Shown here: in pieces, positions 14,543-27,616 of the stretch
Layout: each line of letters starts with the position of its first letter
Numbering within the stretch: position 1 is the first letter of the stretch
Origin: Utricularia gibba
Lineage: Eukaryota > Plantae > Magnoliophyta
Reading direction: 5' to 3'
Assembly (NCBI GenBank): GCA_002189035.1
Contig: CM007991.1
Location: 3,348,001-3,412,000, forward strand
DNA length: 64,000 nucleotides
Notes under the pieces: model-generated
Databases searched by the model: none
What the model was told of the DNA's origin: nothing
Seen by the model: the letters and a program-made list of their open reading frames with translations, nothing else
Made by a program: the position numbers and the translations under genes

Positions 14543-15733
14543 ATGGAGCTCGGTGGCAACAATGGAGTTGGAGGAAACTCCAGCAGCTTCCATGGCTTCC
14601 GCAGCCTCTCTGCACCTGGTATTTTCAGTCCACTTTAGGGTTTTTTCTTCTTTCTGTATTACTTTCTTCTCCCCTTAAACCCGGGTAGTGATCTCGCTAT
14701 TCAGTTTGGTCTTCAGAATTAGGGAATCGTAGTGTAAAATTGGTTGCCAATGCCTGAAGAGAAAGATTCCTCAATCTGGGGTTGAAGATGAACTGATTGC
14801 CATGTAAACGAACAAGTGTCATGCCATGCATGCCATTTTTGTCTTGACTCGTGGCCCAATTATTTATTTTTTTATAAAAAAAAGCCAGAAATTGCTTGTC
14901 TATCCCATTCTTTTGTCTTTGTTCATTACACACACGAGATTTGTGTTGGTTTTCAGTTTCAAATATGGGATTTTACAGAGTCGGCACTTGTGTTTTTTGT
15001 CTGATAATGGAAGTCTGAAAGGGGGTTTTGTCGAGATTTGATGCTATTTTTCTGGGTCACATTTGTTAATAAAATTGTAGAACACACTTCAGGAGGCATA
15101 TTGTTTTCTACTATGTCATGTTTATACCTGGATTTTTGTGTTTACTTTTAAAAAAACAAAATGGTGTAAATAGTGATGCACTCGCCGGAGATCGCTAGGG
15201 GCCTCCCGGCGCTGCCGTTGCTTCCCCAGAACAGCGAATGCATCGTCCGCGAGCAGGATCGCTTCATGCCGATCGCGAACGTGATCCGAATCATGCGCAA
15301 GATCCTTCCGCCGCACGCTAAAATCTCCGACGACGCCAAGGAGACCATCCAGGAGTGCGTCTCGGAGTACATCAGCTTCATCACTAGCGAAGCCAACGAC
15401 CGCTGCCAGCGCGAGCAACGCAAGACGATCACTGCGGAAGACGTGTTGTGGGCCATGAGCAAGCTCGGGTTCGACGACTACATCGAACCCCTTACTTTGT
15501 ATCTTCATCGCTACCGCGAGTTCGACGGCGGGGAGAGGGGTTCGGTGAAGAGGATGGTTGAGCATTCCGGCGGAATGGGGTTCCCCCTCTTCCACAATAC
15601 GCCGCCGTTTCACAGTGGCACGCATCATGGGTATTTTCCGACTCCTCCGGCGATGAATTTGTTCAAGGATGCAGGGCCGGGGATGGAGGGGCCGCCGGGG
15701 TTTATGGACCGGTTTCCGCCGCGGAAGGAGTAG
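14543..15733 (+). CDS. L1L: LEC1-type NF-YB transcription factor (LEAFY COTYLEDON1-LIKE / NF-YB6)
   Basis: Exon 14543-14618 (MELGG...FHGFRSLS) spliced to 15174-15733. B domain [32 protein letters not shown] carries the LEC1-diagnostic Asp (ISDD rather than ISKD). Confidence 0.85.
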
Positions 15734-15920
15734 TTGTGATGCCTAGTCTTCCATCTTTTGCAGGTGGGATTGTTGATCTTATGCTTCTTTTTTTAAGATA
15801 ACTGTCGTTCTCCTTTCTACTTTCCTATGGTTGTCTGGCCTCCCTGGACTAGGTGTTTTTTCTGTCAGAAATGTGATGGATAATCAATGAAAAAACCCAG
15901 TTATTCGAAGGTAACTCATC

Positions 15921-18900
15921 TCAGACAACGGAATAAAAACCAACAGAATTAAGAATATGCATTTGCAGGGAAGAGTAAAGCTCCATCTCATCTTTCTCCT
16001 CTAACCTTTGAACGGCCGAAACAACGTAACTAAACCGCGGCCCGTAGATGTATGAAGCAACTGCTGCTTTGTGCGTCAACATCTTCAAGTCGTCTGCAAT
16101 GAAGGAATTATAAGAACCTGATTCAGTGGTTGTATGAGCCACTGGTTTCCACGAATCAGCCTACGGTGCGAAGAACAAAACTAGCTGTGAGTTGTGAGTA
16201 CCTGATGATATATCCTTTTGAAGATTTTTGGGGTGGAAGTGGCGGTCAAGCCACCATCTGGCACGAACTTTCCATACGCGCCTAGATGCAGGAATTGTGA
16301 ATAGCTCGGGGATCTTATTGTAAGAATCAGTGGCATCGTAACAGGTAGAAACTCTGTCTACTTCACAGTCGGAAAGTTTCAAGAGGCATGAAGCTAGGCA
16401 TTGCCATGCGTTGGAGGCCCCAGGTGAGGCATCCAAGTGGAGTGCTATCATTTTCACCAAATTTGTTGTGTCATAAATTCCTGGCAGAAAGAAAACAAAA
16501 AGAACTGAATCTGTTACTCGGTGAAGGCTAGACTTTTGACTGCTTGCACACAGCTTGGACAGTGGAGCCTCAACGCGTCATATATAACAGAGAAACAAAC
16601 CTTGTTGATGCATGTTGATCAGTCGTTCCAAGGAGTAGCTACAACTAGGCTTCTTCATCAAAATGCTCTCATAGCACTCGCGAAGTTTGGAATGCTTACC
16701 ACCATCAAAATGCTCCAGGACATGCGCCTTGACTCTACACATTGGGGGCATGCAAGATGAACATCAGTGATCAGGAGCATACATATGATGCATTCCTGGG
16801 CATGGCACATTTTCGTAACTTGCCTAAATTATGGGAGGACTTCCCATCCAAATGGTCTAGCGAGACAATTAAAAGAGCGACATGACCATGTTAGAGAAAC
16901 TATGTGCCCTATTACCAATTTCAAGCAAGCAACTTAAAAGAGAACATCTATATAAACCACATCTCAACCCAAGGAATAACAAAATGGGGTACGACAATAC
17001 CTTAAGTGACATTCTGAGGCAGTGCTATTGCATACTTTTTCAACCTCATCAAGGGCCTCATCCACCTGATCTCCCAAAAGCAGCATCTGGCCAAGGAACC
17101 AGTTAAAAAACGTTTCAAGCAAAACCAACTTGAAGACTCCCAGCTCAGAACTCAAGTGAAATAATGTTTACAAGAAATACCTACATGGCATAAAGAAAAG
17201 GAGACTTCGGTAAAAATGACATTACAATGAAAAAAATGACAGTGGCTGTTTGAAGACAAACAGCCAAGGAAAATGTTCAAATAAATCCCCATTCTTATAT
17301 TCCACGAAAATCATGCATATCACGATAAAATTTTGACCATTAGACAAGACAGCAACATGTCTTCAAAAGGAAACAGTTTTTTTTTTTTTTTTGCTATATG
17401 GGTCTTAGTCCTTATAAAATACCTGTATGAGTGGAAGAAATGCATCAATTTTGTCTGGTTTCAACTCCACAGTTGCACAGAGGTGCTTCAAAGCACTTCT
17501 ATAGTAATCAGTGTTCAATTTCCCGCGCGCGTATCGTGCAGCTTCCAGATCTCCATCCGAGCTTGGTAATTCCACAGGTAATAGCCATAGAGGTAGCCCT
17601 AAATTTTAGGAAACAAATAGGTAGCCCCTAAAAAGAATGAAGAACAAAAGACTCCTACTTTGAACAACTGAAATAGGAAAATTAAGCCCTCATTCTGACC
17701 TTGGGTGCAGAAAATAGAAGCATGCGGAGGACGAACCTCATGATCTGAACTTTGACTATGCTTCTCATATGATTTCATATTAAATGGCTCCAAATTCATC
17801 TGAGTTGTTTCTTCTCTCAAATCACTATCTCTAAACATTTGCTCATTTTTTTCCTCGTTATCACTGTCTTCATATTTTTTATGAAAGGCGATGGATGTGC
17901 CAGAGTCATTCTTTGAGCGAAAACTAGCAGTTCCTTGATCAGAGACACTATTAGGTGCAAAAATAAAATCTGGAGGAGCTTCAGATAATGTATGAACAAA
18001 TGATGAACCCATTTCTCTCAGCTGTAGCTCATCAGGAATTCCAGAATACAGAAGCCGACAAAATACTAGGCTAACAACCCAGTTTGCATAAGGGTCGCTC
18101 TCAAAACCACGTTCCTGGATGAGCCTATCAATAGCAAATGTAGCATACAGAAGAAGATGAAGCATGAAAACTACTGAAGGATAATGGTAGCTTATTCTCC
18201 TGAAGGTGAAGTTGGCATACATTTTCCTGGGAACAATGAAACTAAATCAGAAAGAGCCTCACCCAAGAGCAGCTTCACGTGCACCCTTGATTTCTCCAAG
18301 TTGAAGGCAATGAATTATGGACTCTGATTGAACTAAACGCCTCCCCTGTCCAAGAATCAGATCTAATCATTGTACGGAAAAAGAAGAAAAATGAACTATA
18401 CACAACAGAGATGAGACATTCTCTTAATTCATATCCTTATTATAGTACAAACGTACTAAAACAACTCCATCTGTAAAAACCACAGAAGGCAAAAGCACAT
18501 ACGAGAACATATAAACTCTCCTGCTCTTATTATGCACTGATAATATTGGGATGGAAATCAAATAAACAAGTCAACAGAGGCATCGCTCGTTGTAGGTTAT
18601 CAATGATGCCTCCATTTCAATATTAAACCTTCGTATCAAAAGATGAAAGCTTTGTGCACCAAAGATCATAGATTTTCCAAATTTCTTGAAAGCTGGTACG
18701 ATTGGTATGGAAAAGAAGCTGGAATATGGCCTGCAAAAGCATAAGATGAAAGAAGTTTCCTTAAAAACTAGAACTCACAAAGAATAATAAAATATAACAA
18801 AACAGGCCAAATGTTAGGAAATGAAAAGCATCCGACTTGCATCTTCCAACATGAAATAGGTTCCACAAAAATCAGGCGAGATAAGGCAGAGCTACTTGCA

Positions 18901-19441
18901 TTCAAAGGTTTGGGATTCCATACGGATAGAGAGTTTAAACAATAGCTAATAGATCAACAAAATTTAAGGTCTCGCTATTTCCTAACGACCAGATTTTTTC
19001 TTATTTGATTCAAGAATTAGTGTTTCCACAGGACCTAAAAAAGCAAATATTCAACTTCATGATGCGAACGAACAAAGTAACCTTAAACTTGATTCGATTC
19101 AGTGAAGGGGAAGCATCTCTGACGGTGGCTTGTAGTAGAACACTCAAAACGGCACACGCCTCTTCCCACATGTGCCGTTCCATGTACTTTTGGAGCAGAC
19201 GCAACAATCTATGCCTGTTCTGAGACCGAAGACTTCCATCTCCTTGAGAAAAGCTGCCAATCCCCGTCTTCAAACAATAGCTAGGCTTCCGAATAGCTAA
19301 GGACGCAGCTTTCACTTTTCTTGCTTCCAAAGATGGCATCTTGATGCCTTTACGCTTCCTAGACACTTGAATTTGCATCGGAACTTCAAGACTAAGTCCT
19401 TCAGGATCCAATGATAGCTCCCGCACGGGAGAAGGATCCAT
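15921..19441 (-). CDS. TAF1A-like RNA polymerase I TBP-associated factor subunit A
   Basis: Multi-exon. LLRLLQKYMERHMWEEACAVLSVLLQAT, LIQERGFESDPYANWVVSLVFCRLLYS, WQCLASCL, RARWWLDRHF and LTHKAAVASYIYGP resemble plant TAF1_subA proteins. First in-frame ATG is at 19441. Internal exon boundaries only partly checked. Confidence 0.65.
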
Positions 19442-20003
19442 TGCAACTACTGATTTTTGCTCCCTACCATTTTCAACAAACAGCGTGGTTACATAGATGG
19501 TCGCCGACACTTCTATTCATTTATCCATGGTAGTGCAGTTAAGGAACCAAAAATCGTATTTCATCAGTAGAAAAACACATATTGTCAGTAATACCAATTA
19601 AACACATTGCAACGAAGATAAACTCTAAGCTAAAGATTAACTGAGTTAACACTTAATAAACCAGCCCTGAGTTTAAGAGCCCGGATTTCTTTGTGGCATT
19701 TCATCGAACAGGTGGAGCACACAGACGCTAAGAACAATTACATTGTTAAAAACATTACCCCTGTTACCTGTCTCTGTTCTTGCCTTCTTCTTCTACGTCG
19801 CCCTAGGATCACCGTCAACGGCACAGATGACCAGAAACAACGAAATCCCGCCCTCGGTGACTCGCTGGTGAAGAAACTAGCCTAACGGCCGTTGAAGGAA
19901 CTAAAATGGAAAAGAGGGAATATTCCTCTTATGTGGCATTAATAAATAAATAAATAAAACCCCGCCCAAAAGTCCAAAGCATTCCTAAGAATCTATTTGG
20001 CAT

Positions 20004-20085
20004 AAACCCTAAATATTCGCATGAGGTATGCCACGCTGGATGCCCTACCCAAATAGGGCGCGACTTGGGCTGTTTTATAGGGTTT
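20004..20085. promoter_or_regulatory. Two telo-boxes (AAACCCTAA 20004-20012, TAGGGTTT 20078-20085) with a site II-like TGGGCT, upstream of the TAF1A-like gene
   Basis: Motifs seen directly. Telo-box plus site II is the established signature of ribosome-biogenesis promoters and fits a Pol I factor. Confidence 0.55.
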
Positions 20086-20511
20086 ATTATTATTATTATT
20101 ATTTATAAATTATTTATTATGAAATTTAAAATCATTAAATTTTAAATTTGATAAGAATTGATATTTTAAATTTGCTTATTTAATAAATAAATTACTAAAA
20201 CACAAACTCCAATCACTTTAATTTTAACTGCATGATAATAAATGATTTCTTAAATATTATTATCTATTTAATTTATTAGTTTTAATCACATGTAAATTTT
20301 AATCTAAATGTATTTAATATAAAGATTATGGAAATTTCAACCAGGAAAAATGGCTTAAAGTGGGATGTGAAGTGTGAAGGCGTTGACGATGCCGAAGCCG
20401 GTAGATTTTTATTTCAAGAAGGGAAATGTGGCCAGAGTTGGCTGCCAGTATTCATTTCCTCTCCACCCCACAAAATTTCAGTAACCCCAAAGTGCAATCA
20501 TCGACTGTAAA

Positions 20512-21762
20512 ATGGATGGGGACTATAGCCGGAGTGCCCCCGGGAAATCAACCTCCGGCGGAGATCCTACTGTTGGATCCTTCTCTGTCAGTAACGGAGA
20601 CGCCGTTTGGGAGATTGAGGAGGAGGAGGGAACTGCAAATGAGGAACCTCAAACGAGAACAAGGTTTCAAGTGGGGGACTTCGATTTTCACGGCGGTGGC
20701 GGAGAAGACGCTGTTTACGTGGCGGTGGGGCGACAAAAGGAGAAAACAAGCATGGATGCTTTGGTGTGGACGCTCGACAATCTGATGACTCCTTCGACTC
20801 TAATTTTTCTCATTCACATCTTACCGGAGACCAAATTCATCCCCACACCCTGTAAGTTTTTCGATTCATTAAAATTGATCAACTTTGCATCGGAGAGATG
20901 AAATGCCGTGTGGATTCAGCTCTGCATGTTTTCGTCTCCTGAACTTTGTGGCATCTTTCGTTTAGTCAAAGCTTCAGTCTTTAGCTTCAGGGTATCCCAA
21001 TCGCACAACAGTTGTTGTGTGTGTGTTTAGTCAATGGTTTAATGGATGCGTAGACATCGAAGGTAGTTCTTGGATGATCAACTTTGGTTTGGTGAGCAGT
21101 GGGAAAGATTCACGTCAGCCAAGTGAACGATGAGCAGAAGGCCAATCACAAAACACAGCAAAGATCTGAAACAACTGAGTTTCTCCAGAAGTTCATCACC
21201 GTGTGTTCTGCAAGGCAGGTACTTGAACAAACCCCAAGTTCTGTTCTTGTGCCCTGAGCAACGGCAATGAGGTGCCGCTACACCGTTCATCATGATTGAG
21301 TCCAGGAAGAACTTGTTTGGGATGATAGGTTGAAGTTGAGACGGCGGCGTTGGAGTCCGATGACGAAGCAAAAGGAATATCCAACCTCATCAACATCCTC
21401 AAGATCAGAAAGCTGGTCATCGGAATCGGCCGAGATGATCTTCGGTAAGTTTCAAGTTCATGGGCACTTACTTAGCGTAGCTTGCTATTCTCAATCGCAA
21501 CTTAATTGGTTCGATTTTAAGTAGGAAGCTTGAGAGGAGGAAAGGAGGTAGTAATGGAGTTGCGGACGAGATTATGAAAAGTGCAGGGCAGTTTTGTGAA
21601 GTTAAGATCGTGTGTGAGGGAAGGGATGTCTCTGGATTGGCGTTGGAGCCTCCTCGTCCTCCCACTCCGCCACCGGAGGACTCAGGGGCGGGCCACGGTG
21701 CAGAGGCCAGCCCTGAAAAGGATAAGAAGAAACCAAAGTTGGGGTGTTTCTTTTTCCGATGA
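20512..21762 (+). CDS. Universal stress protein (USP / adenine nucleotide alpha-hydrolase-like) domain protein, resembling the N-terminal domain of PUB33/35-type proteins
   Basis: Exons 20512-20851, 21100-21218, 21329-21444, 21525-21762 join in frame: VYVAVG, SMDALVWTL, IFLIHILPE..IPTPLGKI, ESDDEAKGI, IRKLVIG, FCEVKIVCEG. Confidence 0.75.
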
Positions 21763-23901
21763 TGGCGCCCGGTACGATGAGATTGAAATACTAAATGCAA
21801 AATACGTTTTTATGGTGTATAGTTATACTCGAATAAGCTATTGCCATGTGAAAGCATCCCATCGGCCCCGTTCGCCCTGTTTCAAAATTTACCTCACTGC
21901 TTTCATGATTTACCGACGGACCGGTGGGAGGCTGCAACCGTCGCTGCCACCGGAAGGATTTTCTGCAATGGCCTCGTCTGCAACCTCCCTACCGACTACC
22001 TCGACTTCCTCTGCGACAGCCGACAGGGCTACAGCGAAACCAAGATCCAGAAAATCCCCACTACCCCACTCCATTGTCCGAAGATTTACGAAATCCTGAA
22101 CTTGAATTACCCTCTATCTCCATTCCACAGCTCCCCGTCCGATCCATCCCCGTGGCACAAAAACCGACGAAAGTGGGCAACCACTCAATCGTAGCAGACC
22201 CGCCTCCGGGGCATTCGGCAACGGCTGCCCCGAAGCATAGACCTTTCAGAACAGAGAAAAGCTTCTTCCTCTGACCATCGGAAAAAACCAGAAAATCGGT
22301 CAAGAGGCGCAAATCCCCTGAAGCCTGGTTTGGTCCGACGGCATCCATTGTTCAAGCCCAATAGTCGAGGCCCAGGCCTATCGACTTCATTTCAATAAAA
22401 TTCAAAAACAATTCAGTATTTTTAAATATGTGACGGTGAAGAAAGGATGAAACCCAATTTCTACCGCGCAGTAAAAATTCGAAATGATAAAAATCCCACG
22501 GTCGTTCTACAAAGTGAAAAAGCGAAAGTAACCAACCCAGTCAATTAAAGGAAGGAAAGCACACATATATTCTCTACTCCCCGTCCACGCCGCGACTTTA
22601 TTGCAGATCCAATTGGGGAACCGGACCAGCTGGACATTTTTAAATATTTTATTCCCATCATTTTTTCAATAATTAAAATGTTTATTACTTAGTTACATTG
22701 CTGTAATCCACACTATACTATCTTTTATTCAAATCTAATAATAATATCATCATGCGAAACTCTACTTACATGATATTGTATACTTAGTACCTCCAATCCT
22801 CAAAATTTTACCATATTTGGCAAGGAGTTTGAAATTTCCCAGCATACTTAATTTTGGGGTTATTATCAAGTATTATCCACTGTAAAAGGGCTTGTGTAAT
22901 ATTTATGTGATCATTCTATTAAATTTCATTTTTTTTCTTGGTATGTAATTGATGTAAGATTTAATTAAATTATTTACTACTTACATTTGATAGTACCATT
23001 AAAAATAAAAATATATATTTGATAATCAACAAAAAGATATAGTTGATATCAATAATTTAGTAATTTTCTATATAAGTTCAATTTATGAAAATTTTCATTT
23101 ATATATAAATTAATCTCAATCAGATATAATATTTAAAGGAATTAAAGTATTTTTCGCACTTCTATATTTTAATTTAAAAGCCCCATGGCCCCACACGGGC
23201 CCCTCTGGTTCTTCTTTTGCTTTATTGATGGATCCTTTTTCGATTTGGACAAAAGTACGAATTTAAATTTTTGTAGGGTCTCCTTTTTCTTTTTCTATAT
23301 AATATAAAATAGGAAATTTTTAAAAAGCACAATAATTTGAAATTAAAACCGTTGGAATCTTAGGCCTGGGACAAACCTATGCTCCAAAAATAATTTCACT
23401 TAAATATATATGGGGTCGATTTGAAAGATGTGGTAAGCAGTGGTGCGCAAATAAAAATAAACTAATATATGGACCCTCGATAAATAAATATTAAAATGTT
23501 TTATTTATGGTTTAAAAAAAAAGGAATTAAAAAGCTGATATGGTCATTGAGAGCAGAGGGAGCGCGGTAAAAACCTGAGGGGAAGGGAAGAGTGATGTGG
23601 TAAAGCTGTAAAAACGCCATGTTTTTCACATACCCAGTAAAGCGAAGCATGTATGGGGGCAGAGAGTGGGTGAGGGAGAGAGTGATTCCTTCCGTATTTA
23701 TGAAGTTGATTTGGCAGTACGCGACTTGAATAAGGAATCGCGTACAGACAGGAAGGCCGAGAGTGCCTCAGAAACCTCCCACCATCAATCTCAATCACGG
23801 AGAAACCTTGACTGAGCAAAAGCGTTGATCTTGGGGAGCAATGGGTTTATATGTTCTTCTTGATTTGGATTCGTTTTTTGTCTAGTTTAGATTCGGTGGA
23901 G

Positions 23902-25695
23902 ATGGGCGGTGGAGGAGGGTCGTGGAGGTGCAAAAGGGTAGCCAGAAAGCTGTTTTTGAGAACTTGTGCCTCCTTCTGCCGAGACCCTGCGGCTGGGGCC
24001 ATTGCCATTGCCGTAAGCTCCTTATGGATTTCTGCTTCTGGTTGTGTGAATTTTGTGTGATCTCAGATGCATTGTGGTTCTTTCACAGGAAAGTCGAAAG
24101 AGGGACGTTTCTTGCCCGAAGAATCCATTAGAGATTTCTGGGTCAGCCAATCCGACTATCAGTCCTGCTAATAAGGTATCCTTTCGTCAATTTTCTTACT
24201 TCGGGTGTATGGATACGGCCTGCATTTCTCGGATTTCGTATAATCTCTTGAATTGAAGCGAGTTGTGGCTTTTTGGGCTCTACTTTGTCTTTGTTGTGTG
24301 GGATGGATGAAGCTGAGATTGGCTTACTTTGTTCTTTGTGTGGTTTTTCTTCAGAGCTTGTGTACAATATGTCTGGATCCTCTGAACTACGGCTCCGGTG
24401 GGAGCCCCGGGCAGGCGATATTCACTGCGCAATGTTCGCATGCCTTCCATTTTGGCTGCATTTCATCCAATGTCCAGCACGGCAGCATAACTTGCCCCAT
24501 TTGTCGCGCCGAATGGACTCAGCTACCCCGCAATCTCCGCTTCCGTGGCTGCGCTCCTTCTGTTAAAGCTGATCCTGTTCTTCAGATCCTTGATGACTCC
24601 ATTGCCAATTCCCGGCTACACAGACGGTCATTCCTTCATTCAGCTCGCTATGATGATGATGATCCAATTGACTCTGATCAGATTAGTGCTCAGCCTCGTC
24701 TGCAATTCTCTCTCACCCCCGCTTGGAGTCACCATACCTGCTGCCTGAGTTTTGACTCCAGAGAGGGCTCAGGCCATTGTTCTGGCTCTTCTTCTAGAGC
24801 CGGATCGCCTCTTGCTGTAAAGGATTTTTGGGGCGAGGCATTTCATTGTTCTCCTAGCAACGTCGCTTATCTTCATGTCAAACTTGGTTATCGGCCCCCT
24901 GTCGATCTAGTTCTGGTCGCTTGTCCTGATGGACCACATCTCCGAATGATGAAGCAAGCAATGGCATTAGCTGTTTTCTCCCTTGAGCCAGGGGACCGTC
25001 TGGCCATTGTAACTCACTCTTCTTCTGCTGCCAGGATCTTCCCTCTCCGACGAATGACTCCACTGGGAAAGAAAACCGCGCTGCAAGTCATCGATCGCTT
25101 GTTCTATTGCGGACAAGCCGATCCATCTGAAGGGCTACAGAAAGGAGTGAAGATTCTCACCGATCGACTCCACATGAACTCCCAGTCCTGCATTCTGCAC
25201 CTGACAAACAGCTCAACCAGATCCTACCACCTTCCCGCCGTCGCAATGGTGGATGGTCAGATCAGCGTGCACCGGTTCCACCTCGCAGCATCCGGTTTCG
25301 GAGCTTCCATGGGACTCACTATGCATGAATTCGAGGAGTCTCTGAGGCAAATGCTGAGTGGCGCCATCCGAGACATTCAATTAAGGATCGAAGAAAGCTG
25401 TCGGATAATTCAAATTACAGAGCTGAGGGGTGGCGAGGAGCAGCAGATCCCGATTCACGGACACGAATCCTCCTGGCCTCTACATGTCTCGTACAGCTAC
25501 GTGGACCCTGCAGACGGCGGACGTATCAGGATGGGCAAAACCGAGGTGGGTTTCGAGGTCAAGGGCGAGGAGGGGATCGAGAATGCCGACGTTGCGACTG
25601 TGACCGGAAGGATGAGCTCCGGCGAGAACTGGGACTACTACGATCCCTTCATGGCCAGAAGATGGGCTAAGCATTTGCATGGACATCGACTGTAG
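23902..25695 (+). CDS. RING-H2 E3 ligase with degenerate vWA domain (WAV3/WAVH-related)
   Basis: Exons 23902-24012, 24089-24175, 24355-25695. CTICLDPL...GQAIFTAQCSHAFHFGCI...CPICRAEW. The vWA-like region DLVLVACPDGPHL lacks DxSxS. C-terminus DPFMARRWAKHLHG. Confidence 0.82.
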
Positions 25696-26103
25696 AATCT
25701 AGTGTTTGTGCCCAAATTTCACACATATTTGAGTTGCAGGGCACTGTTTTCTTGGTGGCTGGTTTGAAATGAAACAAACTCTTCATCCATTGAACTTGAA
25801 CAAATATGCTATCGGCATTGAAATCATGGAAAACGAGGAATGGAGTTGATACAAAATGATTATAATGAGACAATGGAAAGCGAGGAGTGGAGTTGTTTGC
25901 ACATATTTATGCATGGTAGCAGAGTTTGTTTATAGTTTTCAAGTGCATCAAAGATGAATAAAGAGCTGATTCCATTTCAAATCATTAGCAGACCACACAA
26001 CACACATTGCGGTCTTCTCTTATTGCAACAACTGAAGTACACAAATGCATCACGAGCAGGAGACGAAATAACTTAAAAACTCCCGCCAGTTCTTGCGTTC
26101 AGC

Positions 26104-26430
26104 TCATCGGTTGGCGACCTCAAAGGGGGCGGAGGGAGAGCGAGGACGACCGGAGTTGGGGTAGACCACCTCAAATGGAGCCGAGGGAGAGCGAGGACGG
26201 CCGGAGTTGGGGTGGACCACCTCAAATGGAGCCGAGGGAGAGCGAGGACGGCCGGAGTTGGGGTGGACCACCTCAAATGGAGCTGAGGGAGAGCGAGGAC
26301 GGCCGGAGTTGGGGTGGACCACCTCAAAGGGAGCTGAGGGAGAGCGAGGACGGGTGGAATAACCAGGAGAAACGAAGAGGGCGACAACTAGGAGAAAGGC
26401 AAGAAATGCGAGTGCTCCTCTGGAAGCCAT
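26104..26430 (-). CDS. Family A copy 1: secreted multi-repeat peptide precursor, 108 aa
   Basis: Intact ORF. 25-aa hydrophobic signal peptide ending GYS, four RPRSPSAPFEVV(H/Y)PNSG units and a terminal RPRSPSAPFEVANR. TATAAAT at 26490-26484, 60 nt upstream of the ATG. Confidence 0.85.
   Translation of the reverse strand: MASRGALAFLAFLLVVALFVSPGYSTRPRSPSAPFEVVHPNSGRPRSPSAPFEVVHPNSGRPRSPSAPFEVVHPNSGRPRSPSAPFEVVYPNSGRPRSPSAPFEVANR
26107..26352 (-). repeat. 51-nt coding tandem repeat (4.8 units)
   Basis: Near-identical units gagagcgaggacggccggagttggggtggaccacctcaaatggagc(c/t)gagg on the + strand. Confidence 0.95.
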
Positions 26431-27616
26431 ATTCAGAATCTAGTAGTTATGGTTTTGCATGGATTGGAGTAGAATCGATGGCCATTTATAGGATGACACC
26501 ATGTCCAAATTCGTTGTACAAAAAATGGCCGATCAGAGGGAAGTCTACGCAGGGGGCGGACGGCTACCAGACGTTTCGATCTTCACACACATTCGAGAAC
26601 GTGCGAAGAAAAGTCCAAGTGCCCGCTGCCTCGTCACCCATGAGCAATATACATAATTTTTTTCTATATTGTTAGATAAATTAAACTAAAAACTAGATAA
26701 ATTAGGCTAATATAAAGTCCAATTAAACCAATGAGAAATATTTTAAACCTTGTTTGATTTTATTTTTTAATTATCACAATTTGAAAAATATTGTATTAAA
26801 ATTAAATGATGCATGAAGTCATCATTTACTTAAGTGATCTCTTTAAGGACCGAATGCTCCCGAGGCAATGCATATAATCGTATCGAAAACTCCAAATTTT
26901 ACGTCATTTCATCATACTCGTATGTTTTGAAAAAAAAATTGCATTGACATCAAAATGGGATTCCCGAACCGCGTCCTACTGATCATTTATTAAGATACTA
27001 AATACTGGATAAATTGGGTTAATATATAGTCCGATTAAAGCACTGGGGAGGGTAAAAGAAAGACAAGTTTCACATGCCGCGGGAGCCTTATGCTTTCCTT
27101 TCCCGGCGGTTATTAGAAAGAAAGAATTGTGCACATGTTTTGGAATACAAAAAAATAAGTATTTAATAATTAATGTGTGAGTTTGTGGGTCCCATCCCCG
27201 ATTCAGTGAACCGTAGTCATTGGAAAAAAGAATTGAAAAAGAAGCATGGTGGGCGGTGAGAGAATGCCGACGTCCGTCCATCAAACTCCTGGGTGTATTC
27301 CTCGGTCCCAATCCCATAAAAAGAAATGGCGGCTGGAAATGGAATAATTTCTTCACGTTTATTGGGGTTGATTTTTTTTAAAAAAAATTCTGAATGCGTT
27401 GGAGCAGTTGGGGTTTCTGCGTGAGGTTGCAATGGGGATGGATTTGTACCTTGGATTCACAACGCAGAAGTCGCGCGAAAGTGCCCCCGCTGGCTGCACA
27501 GCACATACGGGATGGTTTCTTTATTTGAAAGGGAGTAAAAACAGGCAACATAAGTAGAGGATAGAAGAGCTCCGACGCCTGCCGGATCGGCCCTCAGGTT
27601 TCAGCTCCAGCCTCCG

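Noticed and set aside
15122-15628. 168-aa minus-strand ORF
   Set aside because: Antisense shadow of the NF-YB exon.
21219-21328. USP intron 2 lacks a pyrimidine tract and has a short stem (caagttct/agaacttg)
   Set aside because: Stem is only about 8-13 bp and not miRNA-like; flanking exons join in frame normally.
26007-26675. 222-aa + strand ORF with MEPRESEDGRSWGGPPQ repeats (also 29813-30148)
   Set aside because: Antisense shadow of family A. The signal peptide, TATA spacing and conservation across all three copies are on the minus strand.
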